Assembly: GCA_013239625.1 (NCBI GenBank)
Contig: MU056050.1
Location: forward strand, 3,396,084-3,460,083
DNA: 64,000 nucleotides
Origin: Lama guanicoe
Taxonomy: Eukaryota
Direction of reading: 5' to 3'
Position numbers and translations under genes: made by a program
Notes under the pieces: generated by a model
Told to the model about the DNA's origin: nothing
The model's input: the letters and a program-made list of their open reading frames with translations, nothing else
The model's database searches: none
In this document: positions 52,151 to 63,985 of the stretch, in pieces
How positions within the stretch are numbered: the stretch's first letter is position 1
How the letters are laid out: each line of letters starts with the position of its first letter

Positions 52151-54819
52151 TGCCTTTTATTTATTTAATGGAAGAAGAGATTGAGAAAGCCTTTAGTATA
52201 GTCAATCAATGCCACAAAGAGACTTTTTCCCAACACCTTTTATAATTCATTGTTCTAATTATCAGATCCTCCCCTCATTCCAGCCTCTGTCCTCAGACTA
52301 TGAGCTCTTCAAGGGCAGATGCCATCATCTTCATTTCCATGTTCCCAGTATCTACCACAGTGATGAGCACATAGTAGGTATTCAACATATGCTTTTTGAA
52401 TGAAGGAATGACATTTTCGTCAAATAATTTGAATAAAACCACGTGAAGACAATTCTACCCATACTTTGCCCATTCAGTTGCAGTGACCGGCCACGTTCCA
52501 AAAAGGAACGAACCAGTGAATAGGAACGTGAAAGTCCTTATTTAACAAGAACTGAGGTGGCCTGGTAAGGGCTTCATTGTGGATCCAAACAGTTATATAT
52601 TTAAAATAGTTAATTAACATAGGGTTGCCCCATCACATTTCATCTGAAAAAAAAATGTTGAAGGAAATGTGCAGTTAATGTAGAGGACTCTTCCTCATTT
52701 TGAAAGTCAGGGCTCTTAGTAAAAGCCTCAGTCATGGGCCTCCTCCTATCTACCCTATCATATTTAGAAACGAAGACTCATTTCTTAAGAACAGCTTTTA
52801 TAATTACTTTCTTTCATGCCTCACACATAGTACCACAAATCCTCTTTATAATCACAGTGCATTATTTTTCCTAGTTCTGTTGCATCTAGCATTTGCACAT
52901 GTTACAGATTGGAAAAAAAAGCCATTACTTGTGCCACAATTCTTACCTAAACTAGGCAAGAATGACCATAGATTATTATTGTGCCCTTCATTAATTTAAT
53001 TCTTAAGCTTCTATACTGGCCAACAAAGCCAATGAAAATAGAAGCTGTCCTTAAGCAAGAAACTCTTGCACATTGGGACACAATAATGATTTCATTAAGT
53101 GACAGCTTTTGAAAAGTTTTTTTTTAAGTGTCTCAATGTGAATGATGATAAAGAGTGTTGAAAGATGTGTATCTTGATTCTCTGAAGAAATAAGAAATGA
53201 ATTTAAGCCAAACTAAAACAACACATCTGTTCCAGAACAGACTATAATCAGGCACTTTTTAAAAAATAGACTACTTTAAAAAAAGAAAGACCTATTGTAC
53301 AATGGGTTATTAAAGACTGCCAAAACAATCCAGGGGGCTCTTCCTCACCTCTGCGATTGTCATTATACCCCTCAGGGCTACTGTCAGGAGCAGAGTCTGT
53401 TGCCGGATGTACCACACTGCTGACCCAGAATCAGGCTTCTTAGGCTCTTAAGGAGGGGAACTAAGGCAAATTTTATAAGTAGAACTCTGACATCCAAAAA
53501 CCAGCACAGCAGAATTCATACATCCAAATGAGGTGTGGCTCCTTCATTGATTCTGTCACCTTGTGATGCCATAAACATACAAACAATGTTGCAATGACTC
53601 AAAACATTTTTAGAGTTCCTCATTAATAATTATCTTTAGTGTTTATAAGCTGCTTAAAAATCAGCTTTATTACTCTATAGAGTTTTTGGTCAAAGGTTAT
53701 ACTACATATTTTGAACACCTATATTCAGCAGACTTGACTCCAAATAGCATTCGCTTGCTCCCCAAAATCAAATCCATCTTCAAAGAGAACAAATTCCACC
53801 AGTGAAAATATTTCATGATAACTCCCAAGGTCTAAAAGCAACAGTCAGAAAGAAACCCTAAGAAAAGTTTTAGCAGTGATAGCACTTGAATTAGTTTATA
53901 GTCTGAGATGATCATTCTGAAGGGACTCACACTAATTTGTATGCAAATATATTTGCAAGATAATATACTGCACTCACACACCCACATACCCATTTGTATT
54001 CCCATAGAAAATTTCAAGAAAAATATATAAAGAAAACCTATACCTTCTGAAGGGGCATGTGAATGGAGAGTTGGGGCGGGGGTAGAGTAGGATACACATA
54101 CTTTATATCCTGTTTGTAATGATCTCTCTCTATCTGTCTACATACACAGGTGATTTATTTTACTGTGAGTGTGTACTGCTTTCATAAGAGAGGGGGAAGG
54201 AGAAAGGAAAGAAGGAAGTAAAAAAAGGAAACAATGAGAAAACTAAAATAGACATGAGGGAGAGGAAGGGGAGATGGAGGGAGGGAGGGAAGAGAAAAGG
54301 AAAGTAATCCAAACAGCTAATACCCTATTGTCAGGTCTTCTGTGTTTTTAATTGCATTTTCTACTTTAAACTACTTTATGTTTCTTTTTGTCTCCATTAC
54401 AAAATTGTGTGTTGTAAAGGATCTTATGTGGTATATGAGAAAGGAGTAATAGAGTTAAATTAGCAAATAATGTAAGCACTGTGGCAGCTGTTATATGGAG
54501 TGAAGTGAGAATGCCCTGGCAAAGGAGAAAAGATTTGAAATCTGTTCAATGTTATCATGTTTTTATTGATCAATCTGTGCCCAATTAAAAATAAACAACC
54601 AAAACATACCCTTTTTAAAAGCAAATTTCAGAATGAGAATTAAGGAATATTTGATATCTATAAGGACAAGGGTCTGAGAAGTGGAATACTGACAGAACTG
54701 ATAATTTGAGGGTTTCCTCCAGAGGGGACTTCATGGCTTAATTTAAAAAAAAAAAGTCACATAAAGCTGTGATTTTAGTTTGGACTATATTTTCCATTGT
54801 ACTTTCCAATCTATTTGAA

Positions 54820-55709
54820 TGCAACAAAGTGAACACGTTAAAAAAGTATCCATCCAAAAAGTACCATAAACAGCAGATAAAGACAAATGAAAAAGTGGGA
54901 AATCTAGGCAACATTTATGACAGACAAGAGGCTAATTTCCTTAATGTTTGACAGCTCTTATAAATCAATAATTAAAAAACCAATCTTCCAATAGACATGT
55001 GAACAAAGCACACAGAAAATTCACATGGAAAAATACATATGACAAAATATAAGATATGTTCAACTTTGTTCACAACTAAAAACTGCAATGAAAAAAAAAT
55101 TTCTTACCAGTCATATTGACAAAGATTAACAAGTCTGATATATCCAGAGTTAATTAGGAGAAATAAGCACTTTCAACCCTGTCAATGGGAGTCTAAATTG
55201 GTCTAATTATTGTATAGGGAATGAGGCAATCAATCCCCATCAAAATCTAAAATGCACATTCTCTTTGACTAGACAATTCTGTGTCTAAGAATTTATCCTA
55301 CAGATATATTTTTGTACTGTCTTGTGAATAGATATGAAAGAATGTCTATGCCGCATTTTTGCAAGCACTGGTAAAATCTAAGAATTCCTCAGGAGGGAAA
55401 AGTTTAAATAGATTCTGATGTATCCACATAAAGGAGTACTAGACAGCTGTTCAAAAGCATGTTAAAGCTGTATATGTGCTGATACAGAAAGTTTTAAAAC
55501 ATCACTGAGGGAAAAAAATCAAGGGACAAAACAGTGCTTCACCATTGACTGAAGAATCAAAGGACAAAACAAGACATTAACAGTGGTTTACTAGTAGGAA
55601 ACGGGTCGAGAAGTAAGTGCAGACTGGGGTGGGAGTGAGAGGGAGACTTCACTTTTCCTATATACTCTTCAATGTTGTTTGAAACTTTTCCTATGTGTGT
55701 ATTACTTTT
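54820..55709 (+). mobile_element. Old L1ME-type 3' region
   Basis: 'aatgggagtctaaattggtc...cattctctttgactagacaattctgtgtctaagaatttatcctacagatata...'; the tail resumes after 56212. Confidence 0.7.
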
Positions 55710-56199
55710 CAACAGCTTTATTGAGATATATTTCACATACCATACGATTCATCTATTTAACAGGTACAATTCAATGGTTTTTAGTATATTCATAGAGTTG
55801 TACAACCATTACCATAATTGATTTTAAAATATCTTCATCCTCTCAGAAAGAAACCCTGTACCCACTGGCAGTCATTCCCCATTTCCCACTCTCCTCCTCA
55901 GCCCTTGAAAACCACAAATCTACATTCTGCTGTATGATTTACCTATTTATGATGCTTCATATAAATGGGATCATACAGCATGTGGCCATTTGTTAATGTC
56001 TTATTTCACTTAGCATGTTTTCAATGTTCATCATTACCACAGTATGAATCAGAACTTCATAATCTTTTATGGCCAAATAATATTCACCATTGTATGGACA
56101 GACCACATTTTGTTTATTCATTGACTAGCTGATAGACATCTGAGTTGTTGCCACTTTTTGGCTATTATGAATGTTGCTGCTATGAGCATTGATGTACAC
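55710..56199 (-). mobile_element. L1MB-type 3' end inserted into the L1ME tail, with 13-bp TSD
   Basis: 'aacagctttattgagatatatttcacataccatac...'; TSD gtgtattactttt at 55697-55709 and 56200-56212. Confidence 0.88.
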
Positions 56200-56623
56200 G
56201 TGTATTACTTTTTAATAAAAACTAGTTCAAATATTAAAAATTTATATAGCCACCACAACTATTAGTTACTCAGAGGAAACCTCCATATGATGGTAAGATG
56301 GTGGAAGAGCAGACAGGGTGGGTTTTCTGTGGAGAGTTATTGTACCATCAGCTATTTATAAAATGGAAAATTTGAGCAAGTCTTCAATAGGAAATAGATT
56401 TAAACACGTCAGTTTCCTTTTCTGAAGGCATATTTCTTAGGATGAGTTTGTTACAAATAAAAATAGCTACTTTCATATATAATACTCATGACAATGTTAA
56501 ATTATACCAAAGCTTCAGAGCTAAAGTTTCACCTTCCTAATTTACATGCATATTCCTAAAAGATAATCCACAATCTGGAGAAGCAGATCCTGAGTAGTAC
56601 AAAATTCTCTTGCTGTACAGACT

Positions 56624-56999
56624 TAGGATGGCTAATTTTATGTGTGAACTTGGCTAGGGAATGGTATTCACTTACTGGTCAAATACCAGTCTAGATGTTG
56701 CTGTGAAAGTATCTTTTTGAATATGATCAACATCTAAATCAGTAGACTTTGAGTAAAGGAGATTATCTTCCATAATGAAAAGTCCCATCCAATCAGCTGA
56801 AGGCCTAAGAGAAAATAAGGAGGTGCCCTGAGAAAGAAGGAATTTTGCTTCCAGACTTCAGACTTAACATTAAGTCTTCCCTGGGTCTCCAGCCTGCCAG
56901 TCTACCCTGCAGATTTGGGGATTTGCCAGCCTCTACAACCATGTTAGCCAATTCCTTAAAATCTCTCTCCCTCAGAGAGAGAGATAAAGATATATACAG

Positions 57000-57047
<48 letters not shown>

Positions 57048-57139
57048 GTGTAGAGAGAGAGCAAGAGAGGTATATAAAATAGATAGATCAATTGATCAAT
57101 CCCATTGGTCTGTTGCTCCGAAAAACCCTGATCAATAAT
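56624..57139 (+). mobile_element. MLT2-family (ERVL) solo LTR with 5-bp TSD and internal (TG)n
   Basis: 'gatggctaattttatgtgtgaacttggctagg...aaatcagtagactttgagtaaag...cccattggtctgttgctccgaaaaaccctga'; TSD agact at 56619-56623 and 57140-57144. Confidence 0.88.
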
Positions 57140-57469
57140 AGACTCAGTGAATGTTAGTGTTGGAAAGTACTTTAAATATCATCTAAATCGAATCTTATCA
57201 TTTTATAGTTAGGAAAATAGAGGACCAAAGAGTTTAAGTGGTGTGTATGTATGTACAGATAATCCTACAAAGAAGTGTAAGCTAAGGACTTCTCAGGATG
57301 GTAACTTATTCCAAAAATTCCGAAAAGTACATGAGAATAAGGTCACAAAATGTGTCCTTGTACCTGTGTGATTTGGAAAGGTGAGAGGTAAAGTAAAATT
57401 ATCAAATTATCATTTAAAACATATACAATGTATTGAAAAACATTCAGTTTTCTAGTTCCCCCAAACTAC

Positions 57470-57664
57470 TTTATAATATGATTTTATGGTTCCTGGAGGC
57501 TAGTTATAATTGAATTATAGGGTGTCTTGTTCACATTCTAGCTGGTGAAAAAAAAATTGCTCAGCTCTGCTTCGCGGTTCTCTAAACACCGGCTAGAATA
57601 CTCATGAGGAAGCTTATAATTCAATTATAACTCCCCTCTGGGAATCATATAATTATATATAAAA
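57470..57664. repeat. Long imperfect inverted repeat (Eulor1-like ancient palindromic element)
   Basis: 18-bp perfect arms 57502-57519 / 57615-57632; 13-bp inner arms 57535-57547 / 57587-57599; colinear outer arms. Confidence 0.8.
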
Positions 57665-58589
57665 GACCTAAGCCATCATATGTTCTCCATTTATTTTTTG
57701 TTATGAAAGGATTTGTCTAAAGTCTGATATTAAATTTGAATAGGTCTGAGTCAATTTGCACCTCAAGATTTGCCCAGATACTAAGATAATAAACTGCATT
57801 CACCTAGCTGAAAGACACTAGGAGTTGATCTGTTTACCCAAACAAAAAACACATAATATCCTTATCTCTCTTTGGAGATTATATATATACACATACATTC
57901 CATACAGATACACACTTGTGTTTCTAATTGAACTTGTAATGAAATAGTAAACTGCTGGCATAATTACTATGACTTACATCTGAATAAAAGACTAGCACAG
58001 TGCATTAATTAGTTAATGGTTCAAAAGAGTATATATTTTGCAGAAATAAGGCAGGGGGGCAATTGATACTGATCTTAATCCTAGGAAACATTCTCTGCCT
58101 CTCTGGCTCATTCATTGATTCATTTAGCAGACCTTCACTGAGCACCGCTCTCTGCCAGGTAGCGTGTTTCCCCTCACCACTCACAGCTCATTTGAGAATG
58201 CATGTGAGCTCCTGAACATGCATATGCACACATTTCTCCTCTAGAATGCAACCCACTATCTTTTTTTAAGCAATGAATTCAGGAGTTTGCCACTTCTGTA
58301 ATTCCACAAGGATTTACACATACAACCCATATTTAACATTGTGCTTGGCTATAGTATGTGGGAAATATAAACCATACTCTCTAGAACTTTATAGTTTAGC
58401 TGAAAAGCTAAGGATAGCTTGCAAATAGAGAAAACCAAGAGGTCGGCAACAAGAAGCAGTAGGGTATTAAACGTGTAGAAGAGATGAGGCATGCCAAAAA
58501 CTAATTCTGTACACCCCAAAAGTTTGCCTGTAAGATGTTCTGAGACTGCATCATGATTCCCCTGACAACTCAACCTTTCAGTGCCTGGT

Positions 58590-59150
58590 CTGTAGAGTAA
58601 AGGTTTAGATCCCAGGCTATGAAATCAGAATGCAGGGCTTCCAGCACTGAGACTTACTAACCATGGCTTTCATATGCTCCTATGTGAAATGGAGACAATA
58701 ATAAAATGTACCTCAAAGGGTTGTTGTAAAAATTAAGAGTTAACACGGGAACAGCACTTTGAATATGTTATGGACTGAATGTTTGTGTCCTCACAAAACT
58801 CATATGTTGAAATCCTAACCCCAATGTGACAATGTTAGAAGACAGGGCCTTTGGGAAGAGATTAGGTCATTTGGGTGGAACCCTTTTGAATAGGATTAGT
58901 GCTCTTATCATAGAGACCCCAGAGAGCTCTCTTGTCCCTTCCACCATGTGAGGACACAGCAAGGGCAGGCCCTCACCAGAATCTGAATCTGCTGGCAACT
59001 TGACGTTGGACTTCCCAGCCTCCAGAGCTGTGAGGAAATACATTTCTGTTCTTTATAACCTACCCAAATCTATGTTACTTTGTTATAGCAGTCTGAACAG
59101 ACTAAGACAAAATAGCTGTTGGCACATAGTAAATGCTTAATAGCCGTTAG
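58590..59150 (+). mobile_element. MIR SINE split by an LTR insertion
   Basis: The MIR core 'tgtgaaatggagacaataataaaatgtacctcaaagggttgttgta' precedes the LTR and the MIR tail 'tggcacatagtaaatgcttaata' follows it. Confidence 0.8.
58766..59109 (+). mobile_element. MLT1A0-like (ERVL-MaLR) solo LTR
   Basis: TG...CA ends 'tgttatggactgaatgtttgtgtcc' ... 'gaacagactaagaca'; 5-bp TSD gaata/aaata. Confidence 0.92.
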
Positions 59151-59329
59151 CTCCTATAATACTTTTGTTGTCACTGTCATCTTCATAACCTTTATCCTCA
59201 TTATTTTAGTAATATTGACAGAAGACAAAGGGGAAATTTCCTTAAAATAAAGATATGGCTACAATTGGGAACTTTTTCACAAAGTCAGATTTTTTTAAAG
59301 GTGATGCTAAAAGATGAAAATAATACCAT

Positions 59330-60580
59330 CTAATCAAGAATAGGGTCTGACTAACTAAACCTAACACAACTTGTGAAAGATGTGTAGGCCAAAGATGCAG
59401 GGATGGAGGCCTTTTAAGGTATATCTAGGGCATGAATAAAAATGAATGAATATGAACACTGCAAGAGTCAGTGGTGTAATGATGATAGTTGTCAAACAAA
59501 TCTTGGAATCCATAAGTAGATAACCTCTATTTTGCATCAGTCTTTTCTATCAAAGAGATTTATTTGTGGAATAGAAAGAATACAGAACCATTCATAAGAA
59601 TAAATTAAAGCCCAGGATTCCTGAGGAAGTAGTGTTAATAGCACTTATGTTTCTGGCCCTCATGAAAGATTTCTGAGAGTACTGACTTAGCTCTGAGTCT
59701 AGGAAGCATCCAGTACCAGTAGTCAGCATAGGCAAACCCTTGAATATGTCTTGACAGACTGACTTCACTTTCCTTTTGAACATGCTGACTAACTTCAGAA
59801 GAGGGAAATGGGTAGATGTAAGTGTTTCATACTCAGCAAAGCATTTTGCAAAGTCTTTCATGATATACTACTGGATGAGTTTAAACAATATATGAAACAA
59901 ATGATGGAGCCAATTAAGTTAACACATAAGTGAATGAACAACCATACTAAGGTTTAATTTGCTTAATTTGTCTCTAGTGATCTCCTTTCCTTCATCCTAT
60001 TTAACATTTTTGTAATCCATGCCATAGGTGAGAAAGTAGTTTTTAGACACACAGAACTAGTCATAATAGCTAACATGTTGAATGATACAATCATAATGCC
60101 CCAAATTCATGCCAGGATGAAACTATGAGCCAAGTACATCATGTTATAATTTCATAGACAGATATATAAAATCCTGCTTTGCATTAAAAAAATCTATGCT
60201 ACATAAGTACACCGTGGGAGAAACTGGCTTTAAAATGCTGTGTGTATAGAGACTAAGAGAGTTCAGTTGACTGTAAGCACGAGTTGGCAGGATGATATGG
60301 CTGATGTAGCATAGGCTCTGTGAATGGAAATGTAGACTCTGGGAAGAAAAAGATGATATTCTTGATCCAATGTGGGCTGCCCAAACTATACCTGGAGTGT
60401 TATACTCAACCATAGGCTCTTCATCTTAAAAGGCCATGGAACAAATAGAGCATGTTCAGAAGAGAGCATCTAGGATAGCTGAACAGCATGAAGATATGTG
60501 TTTAATGGCGACTTGTCAAGAAAGTTGTGGAAAGGATTCAAACAACAGGAATAGATGACTTACATACGAATAAGGATTTT
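59330..60580 (+). mobile_element. CR1/L3 LINE ORF2 (RT) fossil
   Basis: Degenerate CR1 motifs: 'gtagatgta...agcaaagcattttgcaaagtctttcatgatatacta' (VD..SKAF.KV.HDIL) at ~59810-59870 and 'atagagcatgttcagaagagagcatctaggata' (IEHVQKRASRI) at ~60445-60477. Confidence 0.75.
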
Positions 60581-62889
60581 TCCAAGCCTAAGTCTAGGCT
60601 TTATAAAGGAGGGCAAACTGATGAGAAGCTGGGAACTGAGGAACACAGGATTGCTACAGGATTAAGGGTATCCCATGGATAAATTTCTATCTGGGTCAGC
60701 GTTTTTCTGAAACTCTGATGGTCTAGGACTACCTTCCCCAGTTCCATCAACTACTGGCTTCTAACCCAGAGTCCCTCCCTCCAATAAGCCTGATTCTGAG
60801 CCTAGCTACTTAAGCTAATGAAGAGAAGCAGAAAGTTAGTGGCAATTTTTAACGTCCTTCATTATTGTTCTCTTCAAGTTAACAATCCCCAAAGACTTGA
60901 CTGCATAGGGAACATCTTGCTGTATCGGAAAGACCACTGACTGGGAGAACACCAAAGTTATACAAGACCTGCATTAGTCCATTTTCTCTGGTTCTCAATT
61001 TTGTCATCTGAGAAAGGAGGCAGTCAGATTAGTCTCAAAGGCCATTTTCAGATTGAAAATGTAATTACATCACTATTATGTTAATTTTTAAAGAATATTT
61101 TGATTTTTTCAAAGGCAATAACAAAGCATGAAAATAAGCCATCATGTGACTTAGTGAATTAAACCGAATGAAATATTGCTATGCTATATATTCAAGCTCA
61201 GAGAGTGCTAAGAACTTTAAGTTCAGTGATTCAGGCAAATACAGTTTTATTTCCAGGTCTAATTCCTTTAAAGAGTCTCTTGTTTGGCATTTGGTTGGTT
61301 GGTTTAAACTTAGGCCCATTTTTTACAACATTAGTTCAATTTGGTAGAAATTCACACTACCCTGTTTTAAAGAACTGCCTCTCAGCATAGCAAGTGCCAG
61401 GACAAGCAAAAAAAGAACTTACAGCCAAAATTCAATGCTTCGGAGAGAAGGTCAGAAGCCCTAAAAGACCACAGAAGAGGACTGAGCTCAGGATCCCCTG
61501 CTATGAATTTCCCCAACCAGGGTTTCTTCAAATTAGAACAGCTCCTTCTAGTTATTGATTCAACTTACATATTAGAACCTAAATATGTCATTTATTTTAA
61601 GGCAGAAATATCTCTCATAAGGCAAAGGTAAAAGGCCCAAACATATAGTATTTATACATGTAGGATTTAAGGGCATAAATGCTTCATTTTCAGTGACTTT
61701 CAAGTGTAATTTTTCTCAGAAATAGAAATGGCAACTCAGAGAATCAATGTTCATTTCTCACCATAACAGTATGTTGGTTTGCAGAGATGCACACCAAATA
61801 TTAACAGCTTGTTCTTGCCTCCATATCCTCAAAGAAAGGGTTAATTTTCCTTAGAATCCTACTCAAAGGGTCTGGGGAAAAATCCAACCTCATAAAAATC
61901 CAGTGACATGAGTAACTTCCCAAACTTTTTAGACCATTTATTCCCAAAATAACATTGTTGTTCAAATAACTTCAGTTTATTATGTTAGAGCCTTCCGGGT
62001 AAGGAACATTTTGCCAGAGCCTCTAGGGTAAAGAATTTGAAATGCTATTTGTTGACAAGGAGGGGAAAATATATAGTTTATCTAATGAAAGGTTTTCCTA
62101 TTGTTCCCCTCTATTTGGAAAAGCATTCATCTATGCTCATCACTTCTTGGGTTCTAGCTGATCTATTGTATCACTTATCTGGGCTTTCAGTAACTCAAGT
62201 TCAGTGATCAAAAGGAATCATTATTCAAAGACTATTGGTGAGGCAGGCAAGCTTCTGTCATGTCTGATCTATGTGGCAGATGACAGCTTTCTTAATGCAG
62301 CTAAAGTCTGAAATGGCTTCTCTAGGTGGTTGTTTATTGTTTTTGTTTTGTTTTGTTGTTTGTTTCAGAAGGAGGTTATTTTTGTTTTCAAACTTTTACC
62401 TAAATAAACTGATTTCAGGCTCCCATTCAACTGTTACTTTTCCTCTTTATCCTTCCTCTTCTTTTTTGAGAGAATAAAAGTTGGCTTTGAAATATCTTGT
62501 GATTTTCTATAAATTCCAGTGAAAAGTTGATTCAGAACTGACCTGCAATACTTTGGAAGATGTATGTTCAAAGGAAGAGTAACAACTACCATTTTAGTAC
62601 CATACACAACAATGCACATAACTTCAAGTAAAGCACTCTCCGGATTTGCACTATTGAGCAAAGAAAAACAAGCTAGTAATAAGCTACTGGCTTGGAAATA
62701 ATCACAACTGCTATATGATTCAGTGAGAATTAGAAACTGTCCTGGGAGAAGCAAGCAAGAGTGAAAAGAAGTGGTGACAGTGGTGTAACAATGTTTTGGA
62801 TTTTCACCTAGGATGAATGGTGCTATTAGTTGCAATGGTACCTCTCTCCCCATCCCAACCCCAATCACTCCTGCTAAGTGTTCTGGTCC

Positions 62890-63090
62890 ATGACAGATAT
62901 GGAAAAGATCCAGAAAAACTTAATTAATGGAGTGGGGAACAAACAAAAGGTACTAAGCTTCTTCAACCTGGAAAGACAAAGGCTGAGAAGAAAAGCATAT
63001 GATGGAAGTCTAACAAAAGAAGTTCTGGATTGGATGAATCACATTTCGGAAAGGTAAAATTAGGTAACATCCCATGAAATTGCTGAATGA
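62890..63090 (+). mobile_element. CR1-type LINE fragment
   Basis: 'cttcttcaacctggaaagacaaaggctgaga...atgatggaagtcta' (FFNLERQRLR..MMEV) and 'ggtaacatcccatgaaattg' (TRGHPMKL-like). Confidence 0.6.
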
Positions 63091-63164
63091 AGCTTATGAA
63101 CAATGAAATGAAATACTACTTTATATATCATTTATACATTAATTTTTTCAAATATGTTAAATCT

Positions 63165-63640
63165 AGAGGAAAGAAATATGAACAAGACATGGTATTTAAC
63201 CTCAAGAGTTCACATTATAGCTGAGCAAATACCTAAAACCTAAATGTGATAAAATGTTCTAAGTGATTTAAAAGAGGTTTGGCTATAAGAATAAGAACAT
63301 ATTAGAGATTAGTTTTATGATGGAAGGAGATGGGAATGAAGAGAAGCGTACAAGATTTGACAAGAGAGGACATCTAACCTGGACCTTGAACAATTACTTG
63401 AAAGTTCACTGGTCTCAGAAGGAAAAGAAGGCTATTCTAGAAGAGCAGGCATGCATGAAGACAAAATAAATAACTTCTCAATAAAACAGAGAAAGGTAAA
63501 GGGAGGTCGGAATAAAACCAGCATGGGAGAAATTAGGGGAATTAAGGCCAAAGGTAGGCAAATCCTTAAATGCCATGCAAGGAACTTGGTACAACATCTG
63601 GTGAGCAGCAGAGAGCCAACAGCAGTTTTTAAGCAGTGGA
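63165..63640 (-). mobile_element. L2 fragment
   Basis: 'aatatgaacaagacatggtatttaacctcaagagttcacattatag...ccttaaatgccatgcaaggaacttgg...gagccaacagcagtttttaagcag'. Confidence 0.75.
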
Positions 63641-63719
63641 GTGTTCTTGGTGTTAGCTCCACCTTCTGGAGAACAAGTCTACTTGTTAAGATTCTGGGGG
63701 GCAAAAATTTGATCCAAAA

Positions 63720-63985
63720 ACAGGACATGCTTAACTGTTTTTCAAATATCTGAGAGGCTGTGGTATGAAAGGGAATTAGATGTGTTCTGTATTTGAGATC
63801 AGTATGATGAAGTGCTAACAAGGGCTGTCATGGGTGGAATGGTCTGCGTCAGAAGTTCTCCATATGATTGATCTCAGTCATTCCATGGAATGCTGTAGAA
63901 GGGATTCAAATATTATATGGTTACATATAAAGGGATGTACTGGACTAGACAACTTTTCAGATCCTTTCCAAGTGAGATTCTACTC
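63720..63985 (+). mobile_element. L3/CR1 3' end
   Basis: 'ggacatgcttaactgtttttcaaatatctgagaggctgt...ggactagacaacttttcagatcctttccaagtgagattcta'. Confidence 0.7.

Noticed and set aside
58662..58687. 'catggctttcatatgctcctatgtga' resembling miR-135
   Set aside because: It needs indels to match, has no flanking pre-miRNA hairpin, and sits within a MIR element.
59592..59861. 89-aa minus-strand ORF
   Set aside because: Antisense to a decayed CR1/L3 RT fossil, with no protein similarity that I recognise.
62434..63821. 144-aa, 129-aa and 100-aa ORFs near the window end
   Set aside because: Low-information peptides; the latter two overlap L2/L3 repeats, and there is no splice or domain support.
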